A stretch of 64,000 nucleotides of DNA, taken from NCBI GenBank assembly GCA_963824495.1, contig CAWGPQ010000005.1, positions 52,033 to 116,032 of the forward strand. Direction: 5' to 3'. Below, piece by piece: positions 1 through 9,133 of the stretch (its first letter is position 1; the number at the start of each line of letters is the position of its first letter). Below the pieces are notes generated by a model, which searched no databases, had not been told where the DNA came from, and saw only the letters and a list, made by a program, of their open reading frames with translations. Origin of the DNA: an uncultured bacterium. Lineage in GTDB: Bacteria > Babelota > Babeliae > Babelales > Babelaceae. The translations under genes were made by a program, and so were the position numbers.

Positions 1-162
1 ATCATTGAGCAATAGCCCAATAGGCACAAGACCGTGACCATAGGCATTTCCCTTTATGACAGCTGCCAACTGTGTAGTTCCAATCAACCGCTTAATGGTA
101 GCGCAGTTGTTATAGAGAGCCTGCTTGCTGAGCTCTATCCAGGTGCGATGTAATAATTGCAT
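1..162 (-). CDS. alr: Alanine racemase, N-terminal part (runs off the window start)
   Basis: Manual minus-strand translation from ATG at 162 gives MQLLHRTWIELSKQAL...AAVIKGNAYGHG, matching the PLP-lysine motif AVVKANAYGHG. Not in the ORF track. Confidence 0.9.
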   Translation of the reverse strand, partial: MQLLHRTWIELSKQALYNNCATIKRLIGTTQLAAVIKGNAYGHGLVPIGLLLND

Positions 163-180
163 GCTCACATCATACAGTAT

Positions 181-227
181 AGTAATGGCCCTGCTTCGCT
201 ACTCCGTAGCTACGCAGAGCCATTACT
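181..227. repeat. REP-like palindromic element (long hairpin)
   Basis: Outer inverted repeat AGTAATGGC...GCCATTACT encloses CTGC-TTC-GCTAC-TCC-GTAGC-TAC-GCAG. Confidence 0.65.
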
Positions 228-244
228 CATCTTAATACTAGTAC

Positions 245-916
245 TTACTCTGTAGCAATTGCAATTTTTTGCGCAAGCTTTTTTGGAAGAGTAAGCGTTA
301 ACACATATTCTTTGCTCTGAGGTTCGTTACTTTTGTCATCACTTGCTTTTTGTTCAACTTCTTTATAAGCAGCTTTAACGTTGTGTACATCAACACGAGC
401 TGGAAGTTGTTCAGGGAATGTACCTTGAGTAGATGACACATAGCTGAACCTATGGTTACGTTCTTTGTTTTCTTTTTGAACTACAGCTTGGTAGGAAAGT
501 GTCAAGATGTCATCTTCAATACGAAGCACCCTTTCACCACGTGCAGTAGGTATTACCGCTTTGAGTATGCCATCGCTGATCTCAATAGTAATATCCTTGC
601 TTGGGGTGGCTCCAACGAAGAAATCAACTATCACATATTCATCATTTTGGCTAATAATGTAAGGAGGGGTCTTTTTCTTTTCAGGTTCACGAGGTTTTTG
701 GTTGTTTGATTCCCGCTCGGATTCTTCAGCCATAAATTTCTGGAGCCGTTCACATTGGTTAGCTATGCGTTGCATCTCATAATGCATTGCTTCTATTGGA
801 TTATAGAAGGGGTCATAGAAGGGGTCATAATACCGTCCCTGCACTTGGCCTTGGTAGCATGTGCTTGCGGTGAGTAAGCCAAGCGGAAGGGTGATTGCTT
901 TAGTGAGTTTTTTCAT
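245..916 (-). CDS. Hsp20/alpha-crystallin family protein with N-terminal signal-like peptide
   Basis: C-terminal alpha-crystallin pattern (ITIEISDGIL; QLPARVDVHNVKAAY...VLTLTLPK, IxI tail); N-terminus MKKLTKAITLPLGLLTA; GGAGG SD upstream. Confidence 0.7.
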   Translation of the reverse strand: MKKLTKAITLPLGLLTASTCYQGQVQGRYYDPFYDPFYNPIEAMHYEMQRIANQCERLQKFMAEESERESNNQKPREPEKKKTPPYIISQNDEYVIVDFFVGATPSKDITIEISDGILKAVIPTARGERVLRIEDDILTLSYQAVVQKENKERNHRFSYVSSTQGTFPEQLPARVDVHNVKAAYKEVEQKASDDKSNEPQSKEYVLTLTLPKKLAQKIAIATE

Positions 917-1195
917 AAAAAACCTCCGTTATTACGTTGTTAAACCATGATAACGCTTGATCTTATAGATGCCACGTCGTAAGCGATAGTAGTGCTTATA
1001 CGCATCCTTCATTTTAAAAAAAAGCTAAAAATTTTGCAAGAGCTCGTGCATCCCCTATTAATTGTAGTTACAAAGTGAATTTTTAAGAATAAAAAATTAC
1101 AAGCAATAAGTAATAATCTTGATTTTTTAAGCATACAATTTGTAATATTATATATGGAATGATCTTAATATCGTTTATATAAAGGAGAGAATGTT

Positions 1196-1720
1196 ATGAA
1201 AAAGAGAGCAATAGTATCGATAATACTGGCTTTCGCTGTAGCTGCGCCTGAGCTTGGTGCTCGAGTCGGCGGTGCTCGCGGAGGTGGCGGCGGTCGAGGC
1301 GGTCATACGGGTCGCCAGGGTGGTCATATGGGTGGCCGTGGTGGTCATACAGGTGGCCGTGGTGGTCATGATAGCCACACGGGTGGTCGCGGCAGCTATA
1401 CAGGTGGCCGTGGTGGTTATGATAGCCGCACAGGTGGCCACAGTGGCCGTGCAGGTGGTCGTGGTGCTTATGTAGGTGGTCGTGGTGCTTATGTAGGTGG
1501 TCGTGGTGCTTATGTAGGCGGTCGTGGTGCTTATGTAGGCGGTCGTGGTGCTTACGTAGGCGGTCGTGGTGCTTATGTAGGTCGTGGCGGTCGCGGTGGC
1601 TATATAGGTGGCTATGGCGTACAACCGGTGGTAGGAGTTGTACAACCGGTATATGTCGATGGCTACTATGATGGTTATGATGATGGTTATGATGATGGTG
1701 CCCCGGTTGCTGTTGAGTAA
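1196..1720 (+). CDS. Secreted Gly/Arg-rich (RGG) low-complexity protein, paralog 1
   Basis: AAGGAG SD; signal peptide MKKRAIVSIILAFAVAAPELGA; GGRG repeats; acidic DGYDDGY tail. Confidence 0.85.
   Translation: MKKRAIVSIILAFAVAAPELGARVGGARGGGGGRGGHTGRQGGHMGGRGGHTGGRGGHDSHTGGRGSYTGGRGGYDSRTGGHSGRAGGRGAYVGGRGAYVGGRGAYVGGRGAYVGGRGAYVGGRGAYVGRGGRGGYIGGYGVQPVVGVVQPVYVDGYYDGYDDGYDDGAPVAVE
1454..1579 (+). repeat. Six-copy 21-bp coding tandem repeat (GGRGAYV)
   Basis: Unit GG(T/C)GGTCGTGGTGCTTA(T/C)GTA repeated head to tail six times. Confidence 0.9.
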
Positions 1721-1792
1721 CTATGATCTTAGTAAAATTATAGTATGATTTCATGATTCTTTAATAATCGTTTAAATAACAAAGAGAATGCA

Positions 1793-2293
1793 ATGAAAAA
1801 GAGATCAATAATATTAATGTTACTGGCTTTTGCCGTAGCGGCGTCTGAGCTTGGTGCTCGAGGTGGCGGCGGTGGCCGCGGGGGCGGTCGTGGCGGTGGC
1901 CGGGGTGGCCATTTTGGGGGTCGTGGCGGAGGCTTTAGGGGAGGCGGCCGCGGTGGCTTTGGTCGAGCTGGTGGTGCTCGCTTTGGCGGTGCACGAGCCG
2001 GACAACGAGTTGGCTATAGAGGCGCTCGGGGTACGCGGCTTGGCCAACGAGGTATAAGTGGTAGAGGTTACGGTCGTGGCTTTGGCGGTGGTCGTGGCTT
2101 TGCACGAGCTGGCGGTTTCGGTCGTGGTTACGGTGGCTATGGTCGTGGTGGTTATGGCTGGTGGGGGGGTTATCCATTCTACTGGGGTTACCCATACTAT
2201 TGGGATGGTGGTTACCCCTATTACTACGATTACCCTTATGGCTATGGTACACCGGTCGTTGAATACGCCGATGGATATTACGATGGATATTGA
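1793..2293 (+). CDS. Secreted Gly/Arg-rich protein, paralog 2
   Basis: Signal peptide MKKRSIILMLLAFAVAASELGA; RGG region followed by Tyr/Trp/Pro-rich tail. Confidence 0.85.
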   Translation: MKKRSIILMLLAFAVAASELGARGGGGGRGGGRGGGRGGHFGGRGGGFRGGGRGGFGRAGGARFGGARAGQRVGYRGARGTRLGQRGISGRGYGRGFGGGRGFARAGGFGRGYGGYGRGGYGWWGGYPFYWGYPYYWDGGYPYYYDYPYGYGTPVVEYADGYYDGY

Positions 2294-2366
2294 TGGCGGT
2301 GCCATGATCATCGTTGAGTACATGGATTTGTTTTTTTAATAATCATTTAAATAAAGGAGAAATGTT

Positions 2367-2774
2367 ATGAAAAAAAGATCGATAGTATTAATGTTACTCG
2401 CTCTCGGTGTAGCAGCTGCTCCTGAGCTCAGCGCTCGAGGCGGCGGAGGTCACGGTGGTGGAGGCCACGGCGGCGGTGGTCGTGGCTTTGGTGGCGGTCG
2501 TGGCTTTGGTGGCGGCGGTCGTGGCTTTGCACGAGCTGGTGGCTACGGTCGTGGTTACGGTGGCTATGGTCGCGGTGGTTATGGTGGTTATGGCGGCGGT
2601 GGTTGGTGGGGCTACCCCCTTGCCTTTGGACTTGGCTATGGCTATGGTTACCCCTATTATGATGGCTACTATGGAGATGGCTACTATGGCAATGGATATA
2701 GTGATGGCGGCTATGGCGGCGGCCGTGTCGTTAGCAGCGGACCAGGATATGTAGAGACTGTCTACGTTGACTAG
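2367..2774 (+). CDS. Secreted Gly-rich protein, paralog 3
   Basis: AAGGAG SD; signal peptide MKKRSIVLMLLALGVAAAPELSA; shares RGFARAGG(F/Y)GRGYGGYGRGGYG with paralog 2. Confidence 0.85.
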   Translation: MKKRSIVLMLLALGVAAAPELSARGGGGHGGGGHGGGGRGFGGGRGFGGGGRGFARAGGYGRGYGGYGRGGYGGYGGGGWWGYPLAFGLGYGYGYPYYDGYYGDGYYGNGYSDGGYGGGRVVSSGPGYVETVYVD

Positions 2775-2810
2775 TTCATATACGTAAACTCTTGAGGAAC
2801 AGTCTTCGTT

Positions 2811-2840
2811 AAAGAGGGGGCTCGAAAGAGCCCCTTTATA
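2811..2840 (+). terminator. Intrinsic terminator after the Gly-rich gene trio
   Basis: GGGGCTC-GAAA-GAGCCCC hairpin followed by TTTATA. Confidence 0.75.
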
Positions 2841-2952
2841 TTAATGTTGTTATTGATAATTTAATTAAATGTTGAATTTTAAATATTTATAGTTGTAAAA
2901 TAATATAAGAACCCATGAATGAACACACGGGCATAGCACAGGGGGAGCATGC

Positions 2953-3792
2953 ATGAAAAAATCCGGGTTTCTTATTGTTATACTTGGTATAGGTGTAGGT
3001 TTGCTGTTAAAGATCGATGGACGGTCGTCAAGTTCTTTTGGCCGTGGCATGCATTGTTCTATGGGATCTTTGCGTGGACGTTCATGTGCTGGTATACCAA
3101 GCAGAAGTTTTATGCAGCGAACGTCAGCACCTAGAATGACCCAGCACTTGGGTCCGGGTAGAAATTTTGTGCGAAATGTTCCCACTTCACGGCGATTTGC
3201 CTTGCATGGCCAGAGCTTTAGAAGCTCTCTATCACAGCAAAAGTCACACTCAATAACTTTTGGTAATACATCACCTTCTCAATCTGTAGCACGTGCTTTT
3301 TCTTCAGGCTCCCTTGAGAAAAAACGACCACGTTCTGTACAGTTTAAGCAAGCAACAACAGGTAATTCTTCGCTGAATTCTCAAAAATCGGTAATACGGG
3401 CAACTGCTCACGGACCAACTAGAAATAATACTTCTGGTACAGGTAATTCCCCGCGCAATGCTCAAGGTCGTACTCAAAGTATCGCTTATAATATGCCAGA
3501 CCAAAGAAACTCCACCAATACTCGCATTGACCAGGGGCGTTCCGAGCATCATCATCATAGTCGGCATCATAATCATACCTCAAATAATAACAATTTTGGT
3601 AATAATTTCGGTTGTGGAGGTTATGGTTACGGGGGATTTGGGTATGGCTTTGGCTTTGGATTGTATGACCCCTGGTGGTACTATCCATGGTGGTATAGTC
3701 CGTGGTGGCTCTATCCAGGATATTACCCTGGCTATCCTGGCTTTTATTTCGGTATCTCTTACCCATTCGTCTTTGATCCATTATTACTATAA
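2953..3792 (+). CDS. Secreted low-complexity Ser/Arg-rich protein with Gly-Tyr/Trp-Pro tail
   Basis: N-terminal signal-like segment; disordered basic middle; C-terminal GYGYGGFG...WWYYPWWY. Confidence 0.7.
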   Translation: MKKSGFLIVILGIGVGLLLKIDGRSSSSFGRGMHCSMGSLRGRSCAGIPSRSFMQRTSAPRMTQHLGPGRNFVRNVPTSRRFALHGQSFRSSLSQQKSHSITFGNTSPSQSVARAFSSGSLEKKRPRSVQFKQATTGNSSLNSQKSVIRATAHGPTRNNTSGTGNSPRNAQGRTQSIAYNMPDQRNSTNTRIDQGRSEHHHHSRHHNHTSNNNNFGNNFGCGGYGYGGFGYGFGFGLYDPWWYYPWWYSPWWLYPGYYPGYPGFYFGISYPFVFDPLLL

Positions 3793-3917
3793 TCAGAACT
3801 TTTGTACTAATCTAACGTATCAAAAATTGTTAAATTTCACTAAAAAATTCATAAACTTTATATAGAGCATAATGCATAGTGCACATTAATTTCTCTTAAA
3901 TAAGGCACAGTGTCTTT

Positions 3918-5993
3918 TTAAAGACCTAAATCTTTAAAGAATGCGGCACTATTTGGTTCACGTCCCAAGAAATCTACGAGAAGTTTGTATGGATCTTCAG
4001 TGCCCCCCTTACTTAATATTTTTTCTCTATAGCGCTTGCCAATCTCAGGATTGAGTAGCCCAAATTGTTTAATGCAAGAGAAAACGTCATATGCATAAAC
4101 AAGGGACCATAGATAGCTATAATATTTTGCACCATACTCAGTTAAATGGCCAAATGAGGCGGAAAAGTGATTAGTTGTTGGGATAAAAATATATGGCTGA
4201 ACGCAAGCTAGAATAGTATTAGCTAGAGAGTATATATCTTTGTGCTCACCGTCTTTATAGTAATCAAGCGAAACCAGAGCATGGGTGAGCCGATATCGAA
4301 GGGTCTCAAGCATGTCAAAGTGTTTGGTCTTGAGTAGTTTATCGATCATTTCATCAGGTAAGGGCTCATGTGTTTGATAGTGGGAGCTTACTCGTTTGAG
4401 AATATGAGGATTCCACAGCCATTCCACAAGCATTTGCGAAGGCATTTCGACAAAGTCTTGTTTTACGCATGTGCCAGACAAGGTGCCAATTTCAGTCGCG
4501 CCAAGTAATGTATGGAGCGCATGACCAAATTCGTGAAATAACGTATAAACATCCTCTCGGGCCAGAAGTGATGGATGAGTATCTGTAGGGGCAGGAAGAT
4601 TAGCAATAATTGTCGATAGAGAGGGAATATATGCTCTATCTGGAATGCTTATTGATGGTACCATAACGAATTGTGCAGCATGAGTATATTTATTTGGTCG
4701 AGGGAATAAATCAAGAAGTATATAGCCGAGAAGCTGATCATGAGGGTTATGGGCGCTTATAACTTTGACATCAGGATGCCAAAAATAAGGCGCTATATCC
4801 AAGCTCAGCTTGATATTAAAGAATTGTCCAAAAATGTTAAGTAACTCATTAAGGGTATGCTCAAGCGGAAAATATTCAGCAACATATCGTTCGTTAATCA
4901 TGAAGTATTTTTCTTTGTAATAGGTTCGGCAATACGCAATATCCGATGGCTTAAACTTTCCATCTGCTGTAATGGTAACGTTTGGAGGAAGATTGCGCTT
5001 TAGTTCAGCTATCTCTTGGCTTATATAAGGAGCCATATGTATACCCATATTTTCAAGAAACTTCTCGACGTGCTTAGGGCTTTTGGCCATTTCATCGCTT
5101 ATATCAAATTCTGCATAGCTTGAGTAACCCAAAAGATGAGCTAGTTTGTTTCGTGTTGAAATAAGCTGAGTAAGTATGGGAGTATTGGCTGGATATGCTC
5201 TATTAACAAAAGCCGTCCATAATTTCTCTCGTGTCGATTCGTTATCACAATGATCAAGTACTTGATGATAGGTTGGGTAATCAACGCCTAAGATATAAAG
5301 ACCGTCATCTGTCTGTTTAAGCGACTGGATAAAATCATTGCTCAAGCCAGCAAGTTGCTCACGTGATACAGCAACAGTACGATGGTCAGTGTTAATGTTA
5401 GTTTCAAAACTGAGCTCAAGAGTTGCTATTTCTTTTTTAAGCTTTCGTATTTTTTCTTGGATTATATCAGGCAGATCAAGCCCACTGCGTCGAAAGTTCT
5501 TTAAGACTTCATGAATAAAATAGCGTTCTTGGTTGGTAATAGGCTCTTGTGTCATAGCATGGAGAGCATATTCCTTGAATGCTCGATATATATCATTGTT
5601 ATTGTTTATGTGATCGATAGCAAAGTTCTGGAGCTCTATGCGTGCAGTATGAGCAGCTATGCGCATTTCAGCGTTGGGACTTGTCAGTTCGAGCACTTGA
5701 AGCGGGCTTGCTAATGTACGTAAAGCAACTTGTACCTGATCAAATGCACGAGCGGTATTATCAAAACTACGCTTATCAGCAGCAAGTATACCTATTTCAT
5801 TAAGCTTTTGAGTAAGGGTATCTATAAGCTCTTGAGTGCGCTTTTTAATATCCCGAGTGTCAGGAGGAAGTAGCGCAACAACGTCATCAATGGTTTGTAG
5901 AGGGGTTATCATATACGTATAGACCTCCTGTATACAAGAAACAATTAAACACATACCTATAAAAAAATGTATGAGCACAGATTTTATAGGCAC
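3918..5993 (-). CDS. M3 family metallopeptidase (thimet oligopeptidase/oligopeptidase A-like), paralog 1
   Basis: FHEFGH zinc motif, DFVEMPSQM, LDLFPRPNKY, YYSYLWS, FLGREP. Confidence 0.93.
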   Translation of the reverse strand: MPIKSVLIHFFIGMCLIVSCIQEVYTYMITPLQTIDDVVALLPPDTRDIKKRTQELIDTLTQKLNEIGILAADKRSFDNTARAFDQVQVALRTLASPLQVLELTSPNAEMRIAAHTARIELQNFAIDHINNNNDIYRAFKEYALHAMTQEPITNQERYFIHEVLKNFRRSGLDLPDIIQEKIRKLKKEIATLELSFETNINTDHRTVAVSREQLAGLSNDFIQSLKQTDDGLYILGVDYPTYHQVLDHCDNESTREKLWTAFVNRAYPANTPILTQLISTRNKLAHLLGYSSYAEFDISDEMAKSPKHVEKFLENMGIHMAPYISQEIAELKRNLPPNVTITADGKFKPSDIAYCRTYYKEKYFMINERYVAEYFPLEHTLNELLNIFGQFFNIKLSLDIAPYFWHPDVKVISAHNPHDQLLGYILLDLFPRPNKYTHAAQFVMVPSISIPDRAYIPSLSTIIANLPAPTDTHPSLLAREDVYTLFHEFGHALHTLLGATEIGTLSGTCVKQDFVEMPSQMLVEWLWNPHILKRVSSHYQTHEPLPDEMIDKLLKTKHFDMLETLRYRLTHALVSLDYYKDGEHKDIYSLANTILACVQPYIFIPTTNHFSASFGHLTEYGAKYYSYLWSLVYAYDVFSCIKQFGLLNPEIGKRYREKILSKGGTEDPYKLLVDFLGREPNSAAFFKDLGL

Positions 5994-6287
5994 TATGCAA
6001 CCCTTATGACAAAGTGATTTAAAGATATTTATATCAAAATATAAATAATTATAGCTTAAATTTTAAACTATTCTCAAGAAATGCATATTCTATAAGCAAA
6101 AATGCTGATGCATTCGACTCTATAGAGCACCGTTAGAGCGAAGTATGAACAGTACTTTATAATTCATATGATTTATTAGTATTTTAAAAAATAAATATAT
6201 TTACATTTGGTAATACTTTATAATAGTATAAAGTTAGAAGTGGTTTTTTATAGCCCAAAAGTGAGATTAAAAGTAAAAGGAGAAATC

Positions 6288-6845
6288 ATGAGAAGTATGA
6301 TAACGATTGTACAAACGTTGTTGTTGGTAGGCTTTGCACAGTTTTGTCATGGCTATAAGTGGGATGTTATAAATAATACAGCCGCAGACAACGTAAAGAT
6401 TAGACTTGTGCTAGAAGCAATGTGGAGAAACTAACGACATGACCTTTATGAGAGGCGAAAGTAAAACTTTTGACGTACGTGGATGGAAAATAGGCTGTTG
6501 CCTGAGAGGCTTAAAAGTTAATAATGGCCCGGAGCTGTCGTTAAGCCCTCCCACCTATGTCAAAATAGCACCATACATGTGGCAGGATATAATGTACCTC
6601 CTGCCCCTTCCTATCAACTTTCAACCGACTAGCCCTCCGTACTTTACGATTCTGTTTTTGATTATCCTTTTTCTGGGACATGCCTATGTAAACAAGGATG
6701 TGTTATTGCTGAGCAAAGACAGTATTATGAACCGATTGACCAAAGATGCTCTGATGAATGCGAAGCCTATGGAGGAGTATCATCAGCAGCTGCTGAAAAT
6801 GACGGTAGCCATATCGACTGTGAGCTCGCAGCGGTGACACAATAA
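6288..6845 (+). pseudogene. Disrupted secreted Cys-containing protein
   Basis: AAGGAG SD and signal peptide at 6288. A frame change near 6420 joins LEA to CGETNDMTF; a probable second shift near 6550 leads to LCQNSTIHV..., then an in-frame TAG, then a Cys-rich tail ending at TAA 6843-6845. Confidence 0.55.
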
Positions 6846-6956
6846 AATAGATCGGCTTGGATGGATTGCGCTTGGGCTGCCGAAACTTAGCAGATACACA
6901 AAGCTAATTATCAAGCACATTGAAGCAGTGCTACAATAGTTGTATGAACTGTGCCA

Positions 6957-9029
6957 TTAAAGACCTAAATCTTTAAAGAACGCATCACTCCGTGGCTCAC
7001 GACCCAAGAAATCTTCAAGAAGTTTATACGGATCTTCGGCTCCGCCCCTACTTAAGATTGCCTCTCTATAGCGCTTGCCAATTTCAGGGTTAAGTAACCC
7101 AAATTGCTTGATGTAATCGAAAAGATCAACAGCGTAGACACGAGACCACAAATAGCCATAGTATTTAGCACCATAGCCTGTTAAATGACCAAATGATGCA
7201 ACAAAGTGATCGTTGGGTGCTACAAGAAGATGCGGTCGTATACGAGCAACAATATCATGCGCTAGAGCGTAAATCTCTTTATCTGCGCCTTCTTTATAGT
7301 AATCAAGCGCAATAGTAGCTAACGCAATTTGGCGTTCAACAAAATTACCAGTACCAAAATGTTTGGTCTTGAGTATTTTATTGATCATTTCGTCAGGTAA
7401 TGGCTCATGAGTTTGATAGTGAGAGCTTATTTGCTTGAGAATATGAGGGTCCCACAGCCATTCCTCAAGCATCTGTGAAGGCAGCTCAACAAAATCACGT
7501 TTTACGTGTGTACCAGATAAGCTCCCAATATCAGTTGCGCCAAATAACGTATGAAGGGCGTGACCGAATTCATGAAAAAGTGTTGATACATCACCACGTG
7601 GCAAAAGTGACGGGCGATTATGCGTTGGAGCAGCAAAATTGGCAAGAACAACTGCTACAGCTGGAAAGTATGGTTGACCCCTAACGGCTCGTATTGCTGG
7701 CACAATACCGATCTGGCAAGCATGAGTGTATTTATTTGGGCGTGGAAATAAATCAAGAAGTAAGTAGCCCAAAAGCTGGCCATGAGCATCATGGGCACTC
7801 AAGAGTTTAACGTCATGATGCCAAAAATCTGGTGAGGTAAGTTGGCTAAACTTAACGCTGAAAAACTGTTCATAGATAGCAAGTAATTCTTGAAGAATAT
7901 GATCAAGGGGAAAATACTCTGCAACATGACGTTCATCAAGACTAAAATTCTGTTCCTTATAGGCGGCTGCAGCATAAGCCATATCCCATGGCTTAAATTT
8001 TCCTGATGGCGTAAGGCTTACTTGTGCCGGAAGATTATTTGCAAGATCATTAAGTTCTTGTTCTACCTTGGGTATGGCACGCATGCGCAAGTTGTCAAGA
8101 AACTGTTCAACGTTTTTGGGGCTTTTAGCCATCTCATTGCTAATATCAAACTCTGCATAGCTTGAATAGCCTAAAAGATGTGCAAGTTTGTCACGCTCGG
8201 CAATAAGCTTGGTAAGTAGAGGCGTATTAACTGGGTACGCTCTATTAACAAAGGCTGTCCATAGCTTCTCTCGAGTTGACTCTACTGAGCAGTGATCAAG
8301 TACTTGGTGATAGGTAGGATAGTCAACACCTAAGACATAAAAACCGTCATCAGTTCGTTTAAGCGACGTAATAAAATCTTCACTTAAGCCTGCAAGCTCA
8401 TCATGAGATACGGTAACAGTATGATTATCGGTAGCAATATTGGTCTCAAAATCGAGTTCAAGGGCAGCAATTGCTTTTTTGACCTTTTTTACTTCTTCCT
8501 GTAGCGCATCGGGTAAGTTAAGTCCATCTCGTTTAAAATCTTTTAAGATATCGTGAATAAAATACCGTTCTTGATCGCTCAGGGATTCTTGGGTCATACC
8601 ATGAGCAGCATATTCTTTGAATGCTCGATAAAGAGCTTTATTTTGAGATACATAATCAACCTCAAAATCTTGTAGTTTAATAAGTGCATCATGAGCAGCT
8701 GAGCGAAGATCAGCGTCAGGACTTGCCATTTCAAGAGTTTGAAGAGCGCTGGTTAGTTCACGCAGTGCAACATGAGCTTGATCAAAGGCACGAGCAGTGT
8801 TGTCAAATGTGCGTTGTTCGGCAGAAATTGAGGTGATAGTATCAAGCTCGCTGGTAATGTCTCTTATAAGTTTTTTGGTACGGCTTTCGATGCCCTGAGG
8901 GTTGCCAGGAAATAATGCCATGACGTCACCAACGGTCTGTATGGGGGTTATCATAACCAAAGATCCTCCGTATAACCAAGAAACTATGAAACAAGTACTT
9001 AAAAAAGAGCGTATAATTATGTGCTTCAA
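6957..9029 (-). CDS. M3 family metallopeptidase, paralog 2
   Basis: FHEFGH, DFVELPSQMLEEW, YYGYLWS; colinear with paralog 1. Confidence 0.93.
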   Translation of the reverse strand: MKHIIIRSFLSTCFIVSWLYGGSLVMITPIQTVGDVMALFPGNPQGIESRTKKLIRDITSELDTITSISAEQRTFDNTARAFDQAHVALRELTSALQTLEMASPDADLRSAAHDALIKLQDFEVDYVSQNKALYRAFKEYAAHGMTQESLSDQERYFIHDILKDFKRDGLNLPDALQEEVKKVKKAIAALELDFETNIATDNHTVTVSHDELAGLSEDFITSLKRTDDGFYVLGVDYPTYHQVLDHCSVESTREKLWTAFVNRAYPVNTPLLTKLIAERDKLAHLLGYSSYAEFDISNEMAKSPKNVEQFLDNLRMRAIPKVEQELNDLANNLPAQVSLTPSGKFKPWDMAYAAAAYKEQNFSLDERHVAEYFPLDHILQELLAIYEQFFSVKFSQLTSPDFWHHDVKLLSAHDAHGQLLGYLLLDLFPRPNKYTHACQIGIVPAIRAVRGQPYFPAVAVVLANFAAPTHNRPSLLPRGDVSTLFHEFGHALHTLFGATDIGSLSGTHVKRDFVELPSQMLEEWLWDPHILKQISSHYQTHEPLPDEMINKILKTKHFGTGNFVERQIALATIALDYYKEGADKEIYALAHDIVARIRPHLLVAPNDHFVASFGHLTGYGAKYYGYLWSRVYAVDLFDYIKQFGLLNPEIGKRYREAILSRGGAEDPYKLLEDFLGREPRSDAFFKDLGL

Positions 9030-9133
9030 TGATAGTCCTTTTTTTAAGAATTGAGCAGCAAGTTTGGTATATCTTAAAATAATTACCAGAGTCTAGCAAG
9101 AATTCACATAGTACCTCAGCTCATGTTCTCGGT

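Noticed and set aside
980..998. TAAGC-N9-GCTTA upstream of hsp20 as a CIRCE element
   Set aside because: Does not match TTAGCACTC-N9-GAGTGCTAA; arms are too short to be significant.
1454..1579. 21-bp repeats as a CRISPR array
   Set aside because: Head-to-tail with no spacers, in frame within a CDS, and no cas genes.
1175..2323. His-rich and Thr-rich antisense/alternate-frame ORFs (e.g. 1194-1754, 1175-1645, 1820-2323)
   Set aside because: Shadows of GGT/GGC-rich codons. The + strand frames have SDs, conserved signal peptides and paralogy.
1196..2774. Gly-rich genes as RiPP/bacteriocin precursors
   Set aside because: They have Sec-type signals, and no modifying enzyme or dedicated exporter is nearby. 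The M3 peptidases are on the opposite strand with no evidence of a link.
6111..6147. Third REP-like copy as a formal feature
   Set aside because: Only the right half (GCGAAGTATG) matches well; too degenerate to annotate without a genome-wide model.
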